Of a stretch of 64,000 nucleotides of DNA, positions 34,095 through 43,787 are shown in pieces (positions within the stretch are counted from its first letter, which is position 1; each line of letters opens with the position of its first letter). The notes beneath the pieces are model-generated. The model was not told where the DNA came from. It made no database searches and was given only the letters and a program-made list of their open reading frames with translations. Position numbers and translations under genes: made by a program. The DNA comes from an uncultured Acidobacteriota bacterium (GTDB lineage Bacteria > Acidobacteriota > Thermoanaerobaculia > Thermoanaerobaculales > Thermoanaerobaculaceae): contig CAVSFQ010000031.1 of NCBI GenBank assembly GCA_963727205.1, positions 12,080-76,079 on the forward strand. Reading direction: 5' to 3'.

Positions 34095-34508
34095 CTAGGA
34101 CCGCATCGGTTCCGGACGGGACGCCTCGGCCGAGCGGACCATCCGGCGCGTCATCAGCACCGCGAGGCCCATCAGCCCGTCCGCGGCCCCGGCGAAGCCC
34201 ACGAACCACGGAGCGCCCCCCAACAACGCCGCCGCGCCCAGGAAGATGGTCGCGAGCCCCTTGGCCGTCAGCAGCAGGACGACACCCCGCTGGCGCGCGT
34301 ACTCCAGCAGGTAACCGGTACCCAACACCAGGTGGAACACCCCCGCCTGACGCGGGAAGAAGAGCGGCGGGACCGTCTCCCAACCGCCGAACCGGAGCGC
34401 CCACGCCGGCACCGCCAACAGGGCGACCCCGATCGCGTACGTGTGCAGGGCGATCAGCACGACCAGCCACCGTTCCGCCCGGCCGGCCAGGACGGGTTCG
34501 ATCCTCAT
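34095..34508 (-). CDS. Hypothetical membrane protein downstream of hybD
   Basis: 137 aa from ATG 34508 (MRIEPVLAGRAERWLVVLIALH...) with four hydrophobic helices. Confidence 0.45.
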   Translation of the reverse strand: MRIEPVLAGRAERWLVVLIALHTYAIGVALLAVPAWALRFGGWETVPPLFFPRQAGVFHLVLGTGYLLEYARQRGVVLLLTAKGLATIFLGAAALLGGAPWFVGFAGAADGLMGLAVLMTRRMVRSAEASRPEPMRS

Positions 34509-34554
34509 CGCCGCTCCCCCGCCCGCCCCGCGCGCCCGGCGCCGTCGCGGGCGC

Positions 34555-35130
34555 TCACGGTCGCTCCCACCAGAGGTCCGGCGGCAACTGCGACGGCCGC
34601 GAACAGGCCGGGGCCCCGAGGCGGCCAAGCTCGCGCACCACCTCCGCGACGGCGCCCGGCACGGCGGCGCGCACCGCCGCCGTGAGGCCGATGCCGGTCG
34701 TCACCTTGCCTGGAACCACCCCGACCAGCAACACCTCCCTCGGCCCGTCGCCGGCGAAGGCAACGGTCAGGAGAGCCTCCTTGAGGCCCGGGTCGTGCGG
34801 CGACAGACGCGGCTGGGGAGGGGTCTTGAGGATCTCGTCGCGGCGGTACAGGACGATCGTCCCGGCCGCGCCCGACGCGCTCACCGTGTCCACGATGACC
34901 GCCGCGGCGAGCCCCAGCAGGTACGGCGTGAGGTCGAGGCCGGGCGTGCCGAGGTCGAGCACCGCCACCTCCGGCGGGAACTCGTACTGCGCGTCGAGGG
35001 CGCCCACGACGGTAGGACCAAAGGCGTCGTCCCCCATCAGGACGTTGCCCAGCCCGATCACGGCCAGCCGCCGCCGGCCCTCGATCCCCTTTTCGGCGCC
35101 GCCCTCGTCGCTCATCGCTCCTCGCAGCAT
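34555..35130 (-). CDS. hybD: [NiFe] hydrogenase maturation endopeptidase
   Basis: VIGLGNVLMGDDAFGP, LDLGTPG and SPHDPGL motifs of the HyaD/HybD family. The start could be the second Met at 35115. Confidence 0.85.
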   Translation of the reverse strand: MLRGAMSDEGGAEKGIEGRRRLAVIGLGNVLMGDDAFGPTVVGALDAQYEFPPEVAVLDLGTPGLDLTPYLLGLAAAVIVDTVSASGAAGTIVLYRRDEILKTPPQPRLSPHDPGLKEALLTVAFAGDGPREVLLVGVVPGKVTTGIGLTAAVRAAVPGAVAEVVRELGRLGAPACSRPSQLPPDLWWERP

Positions 35131-35224
35131 CGCGTGCGCACATTCCAGGGGCGGGAGCCATGCCCCCGCCCCGGTCCGACCCCTGCCCCGAGTGGGCGTT
35201 CCTCCTCGACCCTGGCCTCCGTGC

Positions 35225-36928
35225 CTAAGTCAGGGTCCTGACCTTCGAGAGCTCGTTGCCCTCGACGTCGAGCGTGTGGATCGCGCACGCCAGACACGGA
35301 TCGAAGGAGTGAACGGTACGCAGGACCTCCAGCGGCTTCTGGGTGTCGGCGATCGGGTTGCCCACCAGCGAGGCCTCGTACGGCCCCTTTTGGCCCTTCT
35401 CGTCGCGCGGCCCCGCGTTCCAGGTGGACGGGACCACGGCCTGGTAGTTGGCGATCTTGCCGTCCTTGATCACGACCCAGTGCGACAGCGCGCCGCGCGG
35501 CGCCTCGTGGAACCCGAAGCCGCGCTGCTCCCCCGCCGGATAGGTCCAGGGCGTGAAGATCGCGACGTCACCCTTGCCGATGTTCTCCGTGAGGAGCTGC
35601 AGGTGCTTGAGCGCCAGCTCCGACAGCGTCGCCGCCCGCACCGCGCGCGCCGCGTGCCGCCCGAGCGTGGAGTGGAGCACGTTCGGCCCCAGCTTGACCT
35701 TGGCGATCGCCGACGCCGTGCCCAGGACCTGGTCGGCGTACTTCTTGATGATCGGGTGGCCGGTGGCGTAGCCGACGAGCACCTGGGCCAGCGGGCCCAC
35801 CTGCATCGGACGGCCCTCGAAGCGCGGCGCCTTGACCCACGAGTACTTCTTGTCGCCGTCGAACTCGGTGTAGTGCGGGACGGTTTCTTCCTCCCAAGGG
35901 TGCTTGTCCCATTCGCCGTCGTACCAGGCGTGGGCGATGCTCTCGCTCACGTTGTCCTTGAAATAGGGGTCCTGGAAGCTCGTGATCTGCTTGAGGGTCG
36001 CGAGGTTTCCGTCGACGATCGTGCCGCCCGGCAGGTCGAACTGAGTGCCCTTGGTGTCGAGCGGCAGGTCGGGCACCGACAGGTAGTTGGTGACCCCGCT
36101 GCCGTACCCGAGCCACTCCGGGTACATCGCCCCGATCGCGGCCACGTCCGGCAGGTAGACCTGCTGCACGAACGCCGCCACCTCCCCGAGCAGGTCCTGC
36201 ATCATGAACAGCTTCTCCATGTTCAGCGTGGCCTGGTTGTCGAGGTTGATGGCATTCGCCACGCCGCCCACGGCGAGGTTCTGGATGTTGGGGGTCTTGC
36301 TGCCGAGGATCGCGACCACCTTGTTGGCCTTGAACTGGTACTCGAGGGCTTGCAGGTAATGAGCCACCGCCAGCAGGTTGACCTCCGGCGGCAGCTTCAT
36401 CGCCGGGTGTCCCCAGTAACCGTTGGTGAAGATCCCGAGCTGGCCGCCGGCGACGAAGCTCGCGAGCTTGTCCTTGACCGCCTCCATCTCGCGCTTCGAG
36501 TTGTGCGGCCACGGCGACAGGCTCTCCCCCAGCGCGGCGGCCTTCGCCGGGTCCGCCTTGAGCGCGGACGTCACGTCCACCCAGTCCAGCGCCGACAGGT
36601 GGTAGAAGTGCACCATGTGGTCGTGCAGCGCGTGGGCGGCCACGATCACGTTGCGGATGTACTGCGCGTTGATCGGGATCTCGATCTTGAGCGCGTTCTC
36701 GACGGCCCGCACCGAGGCGATGGCGTGGACGGTCGTGCACACGCCGCACAGGCGCTGGGTGAAGACCCAGGCGTCGCGCGGGTCGCGGCCCTGGAGGATC
36801 GTCTCGATGCCGCGGAACATCTGCCCCGAGGACCAGGAGTTCTTCACCCGGCCGCCGTCGACCTCGACGTCGATCCGGAGGTGCCCTTCGATGCGGGTGA
36901 TCGGATCCACCGTGATTCGCGTGCTCAT
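35225..36928 (-). CDS. hybC: [NiFe] hydrogenase large subunit (group 1, Hyb-type)
   Basis: RIEGH, N-terminal RLCGVC and C-terminal DPCLACAIH motifs, followed by a 16-aa tail (TLDVEGNELSKVRTLT) expected to be removed by the protease. Confidence 0.95.
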   Translation of the reverse strand: MSTRITVDPITRIEGHLRIDVEVDGGRVKNSWSSGQMFRGIETILQGRDPRDAWVFTQRLCGVCTTVHAIASVRAVENALKIEIPINAQYIRNVIVAAHALHDHMVHFYHLSALDWVDVTSALKADPAKAAALGESLSPWPHNSKREMEAVKDKLASFVAGGQLGIFTNGYWGHPAMKLPPEVNLLAVAHYLQALEYQFKANKVVAILGSKTPNIQNLAVGGVANAINLDNQATLNMEKLFMMQDLLGEVAAFVQQVYLPDVAAIGAMYPEWLGYGSGVTNYLSVPDLPLDTKGTQFDLPGGTIVDGNLATLKQITSFQDPYFKDNVSESIAHAWYDGEWDKHPWEEETVPHYTEFDGDKKYSWVKAPRFEGRPMQVGPLAQVLVGYATGHPIIKKYADQVLGTASAIAKVKLGPNVLHSTLGRHAARAVRAATLSELALKHLQLLTENIGKGDVAIFTPWTYPAGEQRGFGFHEAPRGALSHWVVIKDGKIANYQAVVPSTWNAGPRDEKGQKGPYEASLVGNPIADTQKPLEVLRTVHSFDPCLACAIHTLDVEGNELSKVRTLT

Positions 36929-36937
36929 GTCTCCCCC

Positions 36938-38119
36938 TTAGAAGGTCTTCTTCGCGGGCGCGGGGCCCTCGAGAATCGGGAACGTCTTGACCACCGCGAT
37001 GTAGATCGCAACCTCGGCCGCGATGATGCCGAAAGTGATCAGCAGCTCCGGAACGGCTGGAAAGTAGGAGAACGCCGATCCGGGCCGGAACGCCACCAGA
37101 TAGGTGTCGACCCGGTGCAGCGCGGCGCCGAGGAACAGCAGGATGGCGCCCCGCACCTGCCACATCGCCTGGCGCCGCCGCTCCGAAAGCAGGATCGCGG
37201 CGGCCGCGAGCGGCAGGAGCACCTCCGCCATGAATGCGAGCCCGTAGCCGCTGTTGAGGTATCCCAGCTTGCCGGCGACAGCCGCCTCGCCGACCCGGAA
37301 CACCGACCAACCCACGGCGATCCACCCTACGATCCGGGAGAGCGACGCCAGCATCGCAGTCTCGCGGGGCCGGCCGAACGCCGCGGCGGAGAACGTCGCC
37401 TCCAGCACCACGACCGCAAACCCCATCAGGATGGCGTTCACGACGAAGAGCAGGGGCAGCCAGGGCGTCAGCCAGAGCGGGTGCATCCTGGGTCCGGGCA
37501 GGAGCATCATCGTCCCGAGCGACGACTGGTGCATCGTCGGCAGCAGCAACCCGAGGGCGAGGATCCAGACGAAGTTCTTCTCCACGAACGTGAGGCCCCT
37601 CTGGGCCAGACGGCGCAGGCGGGTCGAGGTGCCGGCGCGGAGCTTCTCGAACAGCGCCGGCGAGAGCTCGATCATCAGCACCAGCGTGTAGGCGGCGACG
37701 CAGAGCGCGACCTCGAGCTGCGGGGAGTGGGACCAGCGCCAGACGTAGAGTGGAACCTTCCACAGGCTCCAGAAGCGCCCGAGGTCGATGATCACGGCGA
37801 TCACCGCGAGTCCGTAGCCGAGCAGGCTCGTCAGCACGGCCGGCCGCACCAGAGGGTGGTATTCCCCGCGGTTGAGGATGTACACGAGGATCCCGACCGC
37901 GTACCCGCCGCAGCCGATCGCCGTGCCGACGACGACGTCGATCGCGATCCAGACGCCCCACGGATACCCGTTGGAAAGGTTGGAGACGGCGCCGATGCCG
38001 TAGAGAAAACGGACCGCCGCCATCACGGCTCCGACACCGGCGATCGCGAGCAGCACGATGAACGGCCGGGTCATCAGCCGGCCGCCCACGGCAACGTGGG
38101 CCGGGGCATGGCTGCTCAT
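36938..38119 (-). CDS. hybB: Hydrogenase membrane anchor, NrfD/HybB-type
   Basis: 393 aa from ATG 38119 with about 10 TM helices. Its position between hybA and hybC and the NrfD-like pattern (GYPWGVWIAIDV) fit HybB; 4-nt overlap with hybA. Confidence 0.85.
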   Translation of the reverse strand: MSSHAPAHVAVGGRLMTRPFIVLLAIAGVGAVMAAVRFLYGIGAVSNLSNGYPWGVWIAIDVVVGTAIGCGGYAVGILVYILNRGEYHPLVRPAVLTSLLGYGLAVIAVIIDLGRFWSLWKVPLYVWRWSHSPQLEVALCVAAYTLVLMIELSPALFEKLRAGTSTRLRRLAQRGLTFVEKNFVWILALGLLLPTMHQSSLGTMMLLPGPRMHPLWLTPWLPLLFVVNAILMGFAVVVLEATFSAAAFGRPRETAMLASLSRIVGWIAVGWSVFRVGEAAVAGKLGYLNSGYGLAFMAEVLLPLAAAAILLSERRRQAMWQVRGAILLFLGAALHRVDTYLVAFRPGSAFSYFPAVPELLITFGIIAAEVAIYIAVVKTFPILEGPAPAKKTF

Positions 38120-39060
38120 CGCTTTCCCTCCTTCTCGGCGGCGCCGACCGAATCGGCACGGCGGTTGCGGTAGATCACCGCCCCGAGCACGGCGAAGAGG
38201 CCGACGGGGGCGAGGAACGGGACCTTGTAGTAGATCCCTTCCTGCACCGCGTAGGCGGTCTCCGGCACGGGCTCCGTTCCGAGGTCGGGAAACCCGATCC
38301 TGTCGAACGGCACGTGCGCGAGGTACAGCACCTGCGTCCCGCCGCCGTCGAACTCTCCGTACACCCGGTCCTTGTGGTACTTCCCGGGCCACGCGGCGAT
38401 CCTGCGTTTCGCCTCGGCGAGGATCTCGTCCCGCTTGCCGTAGATCACGGCCTCGCGCGGGCACACCTCGCAGCACGCGGGGCCCTGGCCGTTGGGGTAG
38501 CGGGTGAAACCTCCCGGGCCCATGACCGCGGCATCCTTGATCCGCTGCCGGCACAGCTCGCACTTGACGATCTTGGGCGCGGCCTTTTCGAACTCGAACT
38601 TCGGCACGTTGAACGGGCACGCCATCATGCAGTAGCGGCAGCCCACGCAGTACGCCGGGTCGTACATCACGACCCCGGTCACCTCGTCCTTGTGCAGCGA
38701 GTGCAGCATGCACGCCGAGACGCAGCCGGGATCGACGCAATGCATGCACTGCTGCTTGACGAACGACTCCTGCTCACCGTCGTGGTAGAGCTTGATGATG
38801 TTCTTCGTCTTGCTGTCGAGATCGGTCGGGGCATCCCAGAGCCCGCCGTTGGCGGCGCTCTCGGCGGGCATGTCGTTCGCCTGCTTGCACGCCACCACGC
38901 AGGTCTTGCACCCGATGCACAGGGTCGCGTCGTAGAGCATCCCCATCGCTCCGGGCGGTGCGGTCTTCCGCACGGCGGCACTGACTGGAGCAACGCCGGC
39001 GGCGACGGCCGTGCCGCCGACGGCAAGCGACTTGATCAGGGAGCGTCGGTCGATCGCCAT
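38116..39060 (-). CDS. hybA: Hydrogenase 4Fe-4S ferredoxin-type electron-transfer subunit with Tat signal
   Basis: Twin-arginine signal MAIDRRSLIKSL, multiple CxxCxxCxxxC clusters (CIGCKTCVVAC, CMHCVDPGCVSAC, CVGCRYCMMACP) and a C-terminal TM anchor. Confidence 0.9.
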   Translation of the reverse strand: MAIDRRSLIKSLAVGGTAVAAGVAPVSAAVRKTAPPGAMGMLYDATLCIGCKTCVVACKQANDMPAESAANGGLWDAPTDLDSKTKNIIKLYHDGEQESFVKQQCMHCVDPGCVSACMLHSLHKDEVTGVVMYDPAYCVGCRYCMMACPFNVPKFEFEKAAPKIVKCELCRQRIKDAAVMGPGGFTRYPNGQGPACCEVCPREAVIYGKRDEILAEAKRRIAAWPGKYHKDRVYGEFDGGGTQVLYLAHVPFDRIGFPDLGTEPVPETAYAVQEGIYYKVPFLAPVGLFAVLGAVIYRNRRADSVGAAEKEGKR

Positions 39061-39061
39061 G

Positions 39062-40198
39062 TCACGCCCCCTTGTCCGGCTTGGTGCCCGCCTTTTCGCC
39101 GCCCCCGTCCGCCTTCTTGGCCGCCACCCATCCGCCGCCCACGAGCGCGCCGCCGACCAGCCCCGCGAGCCCGGCCGCGACCGGGCTGACCGCACCCTGG
39201 TGCGCCTTGATCGGCGGGTAGCCGTCGGGAGGCGTCGGGTGTTCGATCTCGACCGTGGTGTGCAGCGGGATGCGGAACGCGACCGCTTGCTCGGTACAGC
39301 CGACGCACGGGTGGCCGATGCCGATCGGCCAGGCGCCGGGGACCTCGCAGAACGGTTGCAGCGAGCAGTTGGCGTGCGTCACCGGGCCCTTGCACCCCAT
39401 CTTGTACAGGCACCACCCGTCGCGATGACCCTGGTCGCCGAACTGCTGCACGAACCGGCCCGCGTCGAAGTGCGGCCGCCGCGGGCAGTCCTCGTGGATC
39501 ACGCGTCCGTACGCGAAGCGCGGCCGACCCTTTTCGTCGAGCGCCGGCAACGTGCCGAACGTCACGAACTGCAGCGCGGTGCCGAGGAAGTTGTACGGGT
39601 TCGCCGGGCAGCCGGGGATCGTCACCACGGTCTTGCCGGCGAGGATCATCGGCGCGCCGGTCGCGCCGGTGGGGTTCGGGTCCGCGGCCGGGATGCCGCC
39701 GAACGAAGCGCACGAGCCGATCGCGATGATCGCGCCGGCCTTGTCCGCGACCTCGTTCAACATGTCGATCGCGGTCTTGCCGCCGATCTTGCAGTAGATC
39801 CCGTTGTCCTTGGTGGGGATCGCGCCCTCGACGACGCAGATGTACTTGCCCGCGTTCGCGGCCATGGCGCTCTTGAGCGCGTCCTCCGCCTGGTAGCCGG
39901 CCGCCGCGAACAGCGTCTCGCAGTAATCCAGCGACACGAGGTCGAGGATCAGCTGCGCGAGCGCCGGGTGCGACGTGCGCAGCAGCGACTCGGTGCATCC
40001 GGTGCACTCCTGGAAGTGCAGCCAGATGACCGACGGCTTGAGCCCCTTGGCCGCCGCCTCGGCCCACTTGACGCCGACCGACGCCGGTAGGCCGACGGCC
40101 ACCGCGGCCATGGTGCAGACGCGGATGAAGTCACGCCGGTCCAACCCATGACGCTCCGAAAACACGCCGTCTGCATCGTTCCGTCTCGAACTTGCCAT
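39062..40198 (-). CDS. hybO: [NiFe] hydrogenase small subunit with Tat signal and C-terminal TM anchor
   Basis: GAGGGGGG RBS; Tat motif DRRDFIRV; WLHFQECTGCTESLL; distal cluster cysteines; C-terminal hydrophobic helix (VAAGLAGLVGGALVGGGWVAA). Confidence 0.95.
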   Translation of the reverse strand: MASSRRNDADGVFSERHGLDRRDFIRVCTMAAVAVGLPASVGVKWAEAAAKGLKPSVIWLHFQECTGCTESLLRTSHPALAQLILDLVSLDYCETLFAAAGYQAEDALKSAMAANAGKYICVVEGAIPTKDNGIYCKIGGKTAIDMLNEVADKAGAIIAIGSCASFGGIPAADPNPTGATGAPMILAGKTVVTIPGCPANPYNFLGTALQFVTFGTLPALDEKGRPRFAYGRVIHEDCPRRPHFDAGRFVQQFGDQGHRDGWCLYKMGCKGPVTHANCSLQPFCEVPGAWPIGIGHPCVGCTEQAVAFRIPLHTTVEIEHPTPPDGYPPIKAHQGAVSPVAAGLAGLVGGALVGGGWVAAKKADGGGEKAGTKPDKGA

Positions 40199-40449
40199 GA
40201 GTCCCCCCTCACGAGTCCCACGTTGCCCTGCTGCACAGGAGATGCTGGGGTAAAAAGTAGCTCTATGTATCAGGGCTGTCAAACGAGTGAATCATCAACC
40301 GCAGCCATATGCGTATATGCGTCTCAGTTGAGTAAACCAGCTCGGGCCCATCGCCATTGTCGGTCTCATCGAAGGTCCGTCCAGCTGTGGAAAACCGAAT
40401 GAATCTTGTGCGCCGTTTCACGATATCGTCAAATGCTCGGCATTGGCTT

Positions 40450-40495
40450 TCACAAGCGGAGGCCGGGCTCCGCGGCCGGCCGCTTGTGATATGAT
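40450..40495 (+). promoter_or_regulatory. Inverted repeat overlapping a candidate extended -10 promoter of rubrerythrin
   Basis: TCACAAGCGG (40450-40459) and CCGCTTGTGA (40480-40489) are perfect 10-bp arms, with inner GGCCG/CGGCC pairing. TGaTATGAT at 40487-40495 lies about 43 nt upstream of the ATG at 40538. Confidence 0.4.
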
Positions 40496-40537
40496 GCACA
40501 AGGTCGTTCCCTGAAGGGAGCGGCGGGGGGACCGACG

Positions 40538-41041
40538 ATGGCGACAATCGACAACCTCAAGGCGGCGTTCGCCGGCGAGAGCCAGGCCAACCGCACCTAC
40601 CTCGCGTTCGCCCGGAAGGCGGAGGCGGACGGCTTCAAGCAGATCGCCAAGCTGTTCCGGGCGGCGGCGGAGGCCGAGACCGTCCACGCCCTGGCGCACT
40701 TCCGGGTGATGGGCGGCGTCAAGTCCACCGAGGCAAACCTCGAGACCGCGATCGCGGGCGAGGGGTACGAAGCCAACGAGATGTACCCCGCGTTCCTGGC
40801 CGAGGCCGAGACCGAGGGGAACAAGGCTGCAGTGGCGTCCTTCAGGAACGCCCTTGCGGTCGAGAAGGTCCACCACGCGCTCTACGCCGGTGGGCTGGCA
40901 GCGTTCAAGGAAGGCCGGGACCTCAAGGGCGACCGCATCTGGATCTGCCCGGTGTGCGGCAACACCGTGGTCGGCGAGGAGCCGCCCGCAGCGTGCGAGG
41001 TGTGCGGGGTGCCGGGCGACAGGTTCTTCGAGGCGAAGTAG
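40538..41041 (+). CDS. Rubrerythrin
   Basis: 167 aa with a diiron four-helix-bundle region (ESQANRTYLAFA, EAETVHA, EANEMYPAF, EKVHHALY) and a C-terminal rubredoxin-like CPVCG...CEVCG. Confidence 0.9.
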   Translation: MATIDNLKAAFAGESQANRTYLAFARKAEADGFKQIAKLFRAAAEAETVHALAHFRVMGGVKSTEANLETAIAGEGYEANEMYPAFLAEAETEGNKAAVASFRNALAVEKVHHALYAGGLAAFKEGRDLKGDRIWICPVCGNTVVGEEPPAACEVCGVPGDRFFEAK

Positions 41042-41085
41042 CCTCGGCGCGCAACAGCGGCCGGGCGAGAACGCAAGGAGTGGGC

Positions 41086-42483
41086 ATGAGCATCGCCGCA
41101 GAGGACGTGAGGATCGACGAAGGTCCGATCGCCGCGACACTGGAATCAGGGCGCCGCCACGACGCGGTCCAGGTGCGCGAGATCCTGGCGAGGGCACTCG
41201 AACTGGAGGGCCTGCCCGATGGCGATCTGGCCGTCCTGATGGGGGTCTCCGACCCGGACCTTCTGGGCGAGATCTTCCAGACCGCCAGGAGGGTCAAGGA
41301 GACCGTCTATGGCAACCGCCTCGTACTGTTCGCGCCGCTCTACATCTCCAACCTCTGCGCCAACGAGTGCGTCTACTGCGCGTTTCGTGCCGCGAACCGC
41401 GCGCTCGCTCGGCGGGCGCTCACCCAGGACGAGATCGCCCTCGAGGTCAGGCACCTCGTCGAGCAGGGCCACAAGCGCATCCTCCTCGTCGCCGGCGAGG
41501 CTTACCCGCGCGAAGGGTTCGAGTACGTCCTCAGCGCGATCGACACCGTCTACCGCACCGCCTCGGGGCCGGGCCAGATCCGGCGCGTCAACGTCAACAT
41601 CGCGCCGCTCTCGCTCGACGAGTTCAGGCTCCTGAAGGCGAGACAGATCGGCACCTACCAGGTCTTCCAGGAGACCTACCACCGCGAGACGTACGCCAAG
41701 GTCCACCTCGCCGGCACGAAGCGCGACTTCGACTGGCGCGTCAACGCCCCCGACCGGGCGATGGCGGCGGGGATCGACGACGTCGGGATCGGCGTGCTGT
41801 TCGGCCTGTTCGACTGGCGCTTCGAGGTCCTCGCGCTCGTGCAGCACATCCGCCACCTCGAGCGCCGGTTCGGCGTCGGGCCGCACACGATCTCGGTGCC
41901 GCGCATGGAGCCGGCGACCGGGTCCGACATCGCGAGCCACCCGCCGCACCCGGTCTCCGACATCGACTTCCGCAAGATCGTGGCGATCCTTCGTCTGGCG
42001 GTGCCGTACACCGGGATCATCATGTCCACCAGGGAGACGGCCGAGATCCGCCGGGAGACGTTCGCCCTCGGGGTGTCGCAGATCTCCGCCGGCAGCCGCA
42101 CCAACCCCGGCGGGTACTCGGAGGACGAGAAGATCGATGCGGCGCAGTTCTGCCTCGGCGACCACCGCCCGCTCGACGAGGTGATCCGCGACGTGGCGTC
42201 GCTCGGCTATGTGCCGTCGTTCTGCACCGCCTGCTACCGGCTCGGGCGCACCGGACGCGACTTCATGGACCTCGCGAAGCCGGGCGAGATCAAGGAGCAC
42301 TGCGGCCCCAACGCCCTCGCCACCTTCCAGGAGTACCTGGAGGACTACGAATCGCAGGAGACCCGACAGGTCGGAGAAGCGTGCATCGCACACGCGCTCG
42401 CCGAGCTGGAGCCCGGCCTCCGGGCTAAGGCCGAGAAGATGGTCCGCCTGGTGAAGGACGGCACGCGGGATGTGTACTGTTAG
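41086..42483 (+). CDS. hydG: [FeFe] hydrogenase maturase HydG (radical SAM tyrosine lyase)
   Basis: Radical-SAM CANECVYC; ThiH-like body; C-terminal Cys cluster SFCTACYR...HCGPNA typical of HydG. Confidence 0.9.
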   Translation: MSIAAEDVRIDEGPIAATLESGRRHDAVQVREILARALELEGLPDGDLAVLMGVSDPDLLGEIFQTARRVKETVYGNRLVLFAPLYISNLCANECVYCAFRAANRALARRALTQDEIALEVRHLVEQGHKRILLVAGEAYPREGFEYVLSAIDTVYRTASGPGQIRRVNVNIAPLSLDEFRLLKARQIGTYQVFQETYHRETYAKVHLAGTKRDFDWRVNAPDRAMAAGIDDVGIGVLFGLFDWRFEVLALVQHIRHLERRFGVGPHTISVPRMEPATGSDIASHPPHPVSDIDFRKIVAILRLAVPYTGIIMSTRETAEIRRETFALGVSQISAGSRTNPGGYSEDEKIDAAQFCLGDHRPLDEVIRDVASLGYVPSFCTACYRLGRTGRDFMDLAKPGEIKEHCGPNALATFQEYLEDYESQETRQVGEACIAHALAELEPGLRAKAEKMVRLVKDGTRDVYC

Positions 42484-42551
42484 AGACAGGCGTGAGGCAT
42501 GAGGCGTGAGCGTGCGAGCCGCCGCTGCCCGACGGAGCTGGGCGGTGCGAG

Positions 42552-43787
42552 ATGAGCCAGACGGCGCCGCGCAACGCGCGCCTGCACATCGGGCTGTTCG
42601 GCCGCCGCAACGTCGGCAAGTCGAGCCTGTTGAACGCCGTCACCCGGCAGGACGTGGCGATCGTGTCGGCGACCCCGGGCACCACCACCGACCCGGTCGA
42701 GAAGCCGATGGAGCTGCTCCCGCTCGGGCCGGTGCTGTTCATCGACACCGCGGGGGTGGACGACGCCGGGGCGCTCGGCGAGAAACGCATCGCGAAGACG
42801 CGCCAGGCGCTCGACCGCACCGACCTCGGCGTGCTGGTGGCGGAGGCCGGCGCGTGGGGTGAGTTCGAGGAGTCGCTGCTCGCCGAGCTGCGCGCCCGCG
42901 CGGTGCCGGTCGTCGTGGTATTCAACAAGAGCGACCTCGGCGCGCCGGAGGGGCCGCTCCTCGCGCGCCTCGCGGCCGAAAAGGTGGCGTGCGTGCGGAC
43001 CGCGGCGGTTGCCGGGGCCGGAGTCGGCGACCTGCGACGCGCGCTGGTCGCCGCGGCGCCGGCCGACTACCTCGACGCCCGCCGCATCGCCGGCGACCTC
43101 GTCGGCCCGGGCGAGCTGGTCGTCCTCGTGGTCCCCATCGACAAGGAGGCCCCCAAGGGGCGCTTGATCCTCCCTCAGGTGCAAACGATCCGGGACCTCC
43201 TCGACGCCGGCTCGTTCTGCCTGGTCGTCAAGGAACGTGAGCTGAAAGCCGCGCTGGAAGGCCTCAACCGGCCGCCCAAACTCGTCGTCACCGACTCGCA
43301 GGCGTTCCTCAAGGCCGCCGCCGACACTCCCCCCGGCGTGATGCTGACCTCGTTCTCGATCCTGTTCGCGCGGTTCCAGGGCGACCTCGCCGAGATGGCG
43401 CGCGGGACCCGCGCGATCGAGCGTCTCAAAGACGGCGACACGGTCTTGATCGCCGAGGGGTGCACCCACCACCCGATCGGCGAGGACATCGGCCGCGTCA
43501 AGATCCCGCGCTGGCTCACCCAGTACACCGGCTGCGCACTCGAGTTCGCCACCGTACAGGGCCGCGACTTCCCGGATGACCTCTCGCCATACGCCCTCGT
43601 CGTGCACTGCGGCAACTGCATGGGGAACCGCCGCGAGATGCTCTCCCGCATCGTGCGCTGCCGCAACGCCGGGGTGCCGATCACGAACTACGGCCTGGCC
43701 ATCGCCTACTCGCTCGGCATCTTCGAGCGCGCGCTCGGCCCGTTCCCGGCCGCCCTCGCCGCCTACCATGGCGTGGCCGCCGGATGA
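42552..43787 (+). CDS. hydF: [FeFe] hydrogenase maturation GTPase HydF
   Basis: GTPase motifs GRRNVGKSS, DTAG and NKSD; C-terminal cluster-binding CTHHP ... HCGNCM. Confidence 0.9.
   Translation: MSQTAPRNARLHIGLFGRRNVGKSSLLNAVTRQDVAIVSATPGTTTDPVEKPMELLPLGPVLFIDTAGVDDAGALGEKRIAKTRQALDRTDLGVLVAEAGAWGEFEESLLAELRARAVPVVVVFNKSDLGAPEGPLLARLAAEKVACVRTAAVAGAGVGDLRRALVAAAPADYLDARRIAGDLVGPGELVVLVVPIDKEAPKGRLILPQVQTIRDLLDAGSFCLVVKERELKAALEGLNRPPKLVVTDSQAFLKAAADTPPGVMLTSFSILFARFQGDLAEMARGTRAIERLKDGDTVLIAEGCTHHPIGEDIGRVKIPRWLTQYTGCALEFATVQGRDFPDDLSPYALVVHCGNCMGNRREMLSRIVRCRNAGVPITNYGLAIAYSLGIFERALGPFPAALAAYHGVAAG

Noticed and set aside
32693-38173. 1826-aa ORF on the plus strand, plus similar giants at 25396-28131, 42480-43769, 47265-49217 and 60660-62915.
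   Set aside because: They run antisense to strongly conserved genes (SDR, hydrogenase subunits, Nramp, HydF, HydA, AsnB). They are Arg/Pro/Gly/Asp/His-rich without motifs. This is the typical stop-codon-poor antisense frame of a high-GC genome.
40441-40495. Rex (redox repressor) operator in the hydrogenase/rubrerythrin intergenic region.
   Set aside because: Half-sites TTCACAA and TTGTGA are present, but in reversed order and separated by about 26 nt rather than forming TTGTGAA-N4-TTCACAA. I kept it only as a generic inverted repeat.
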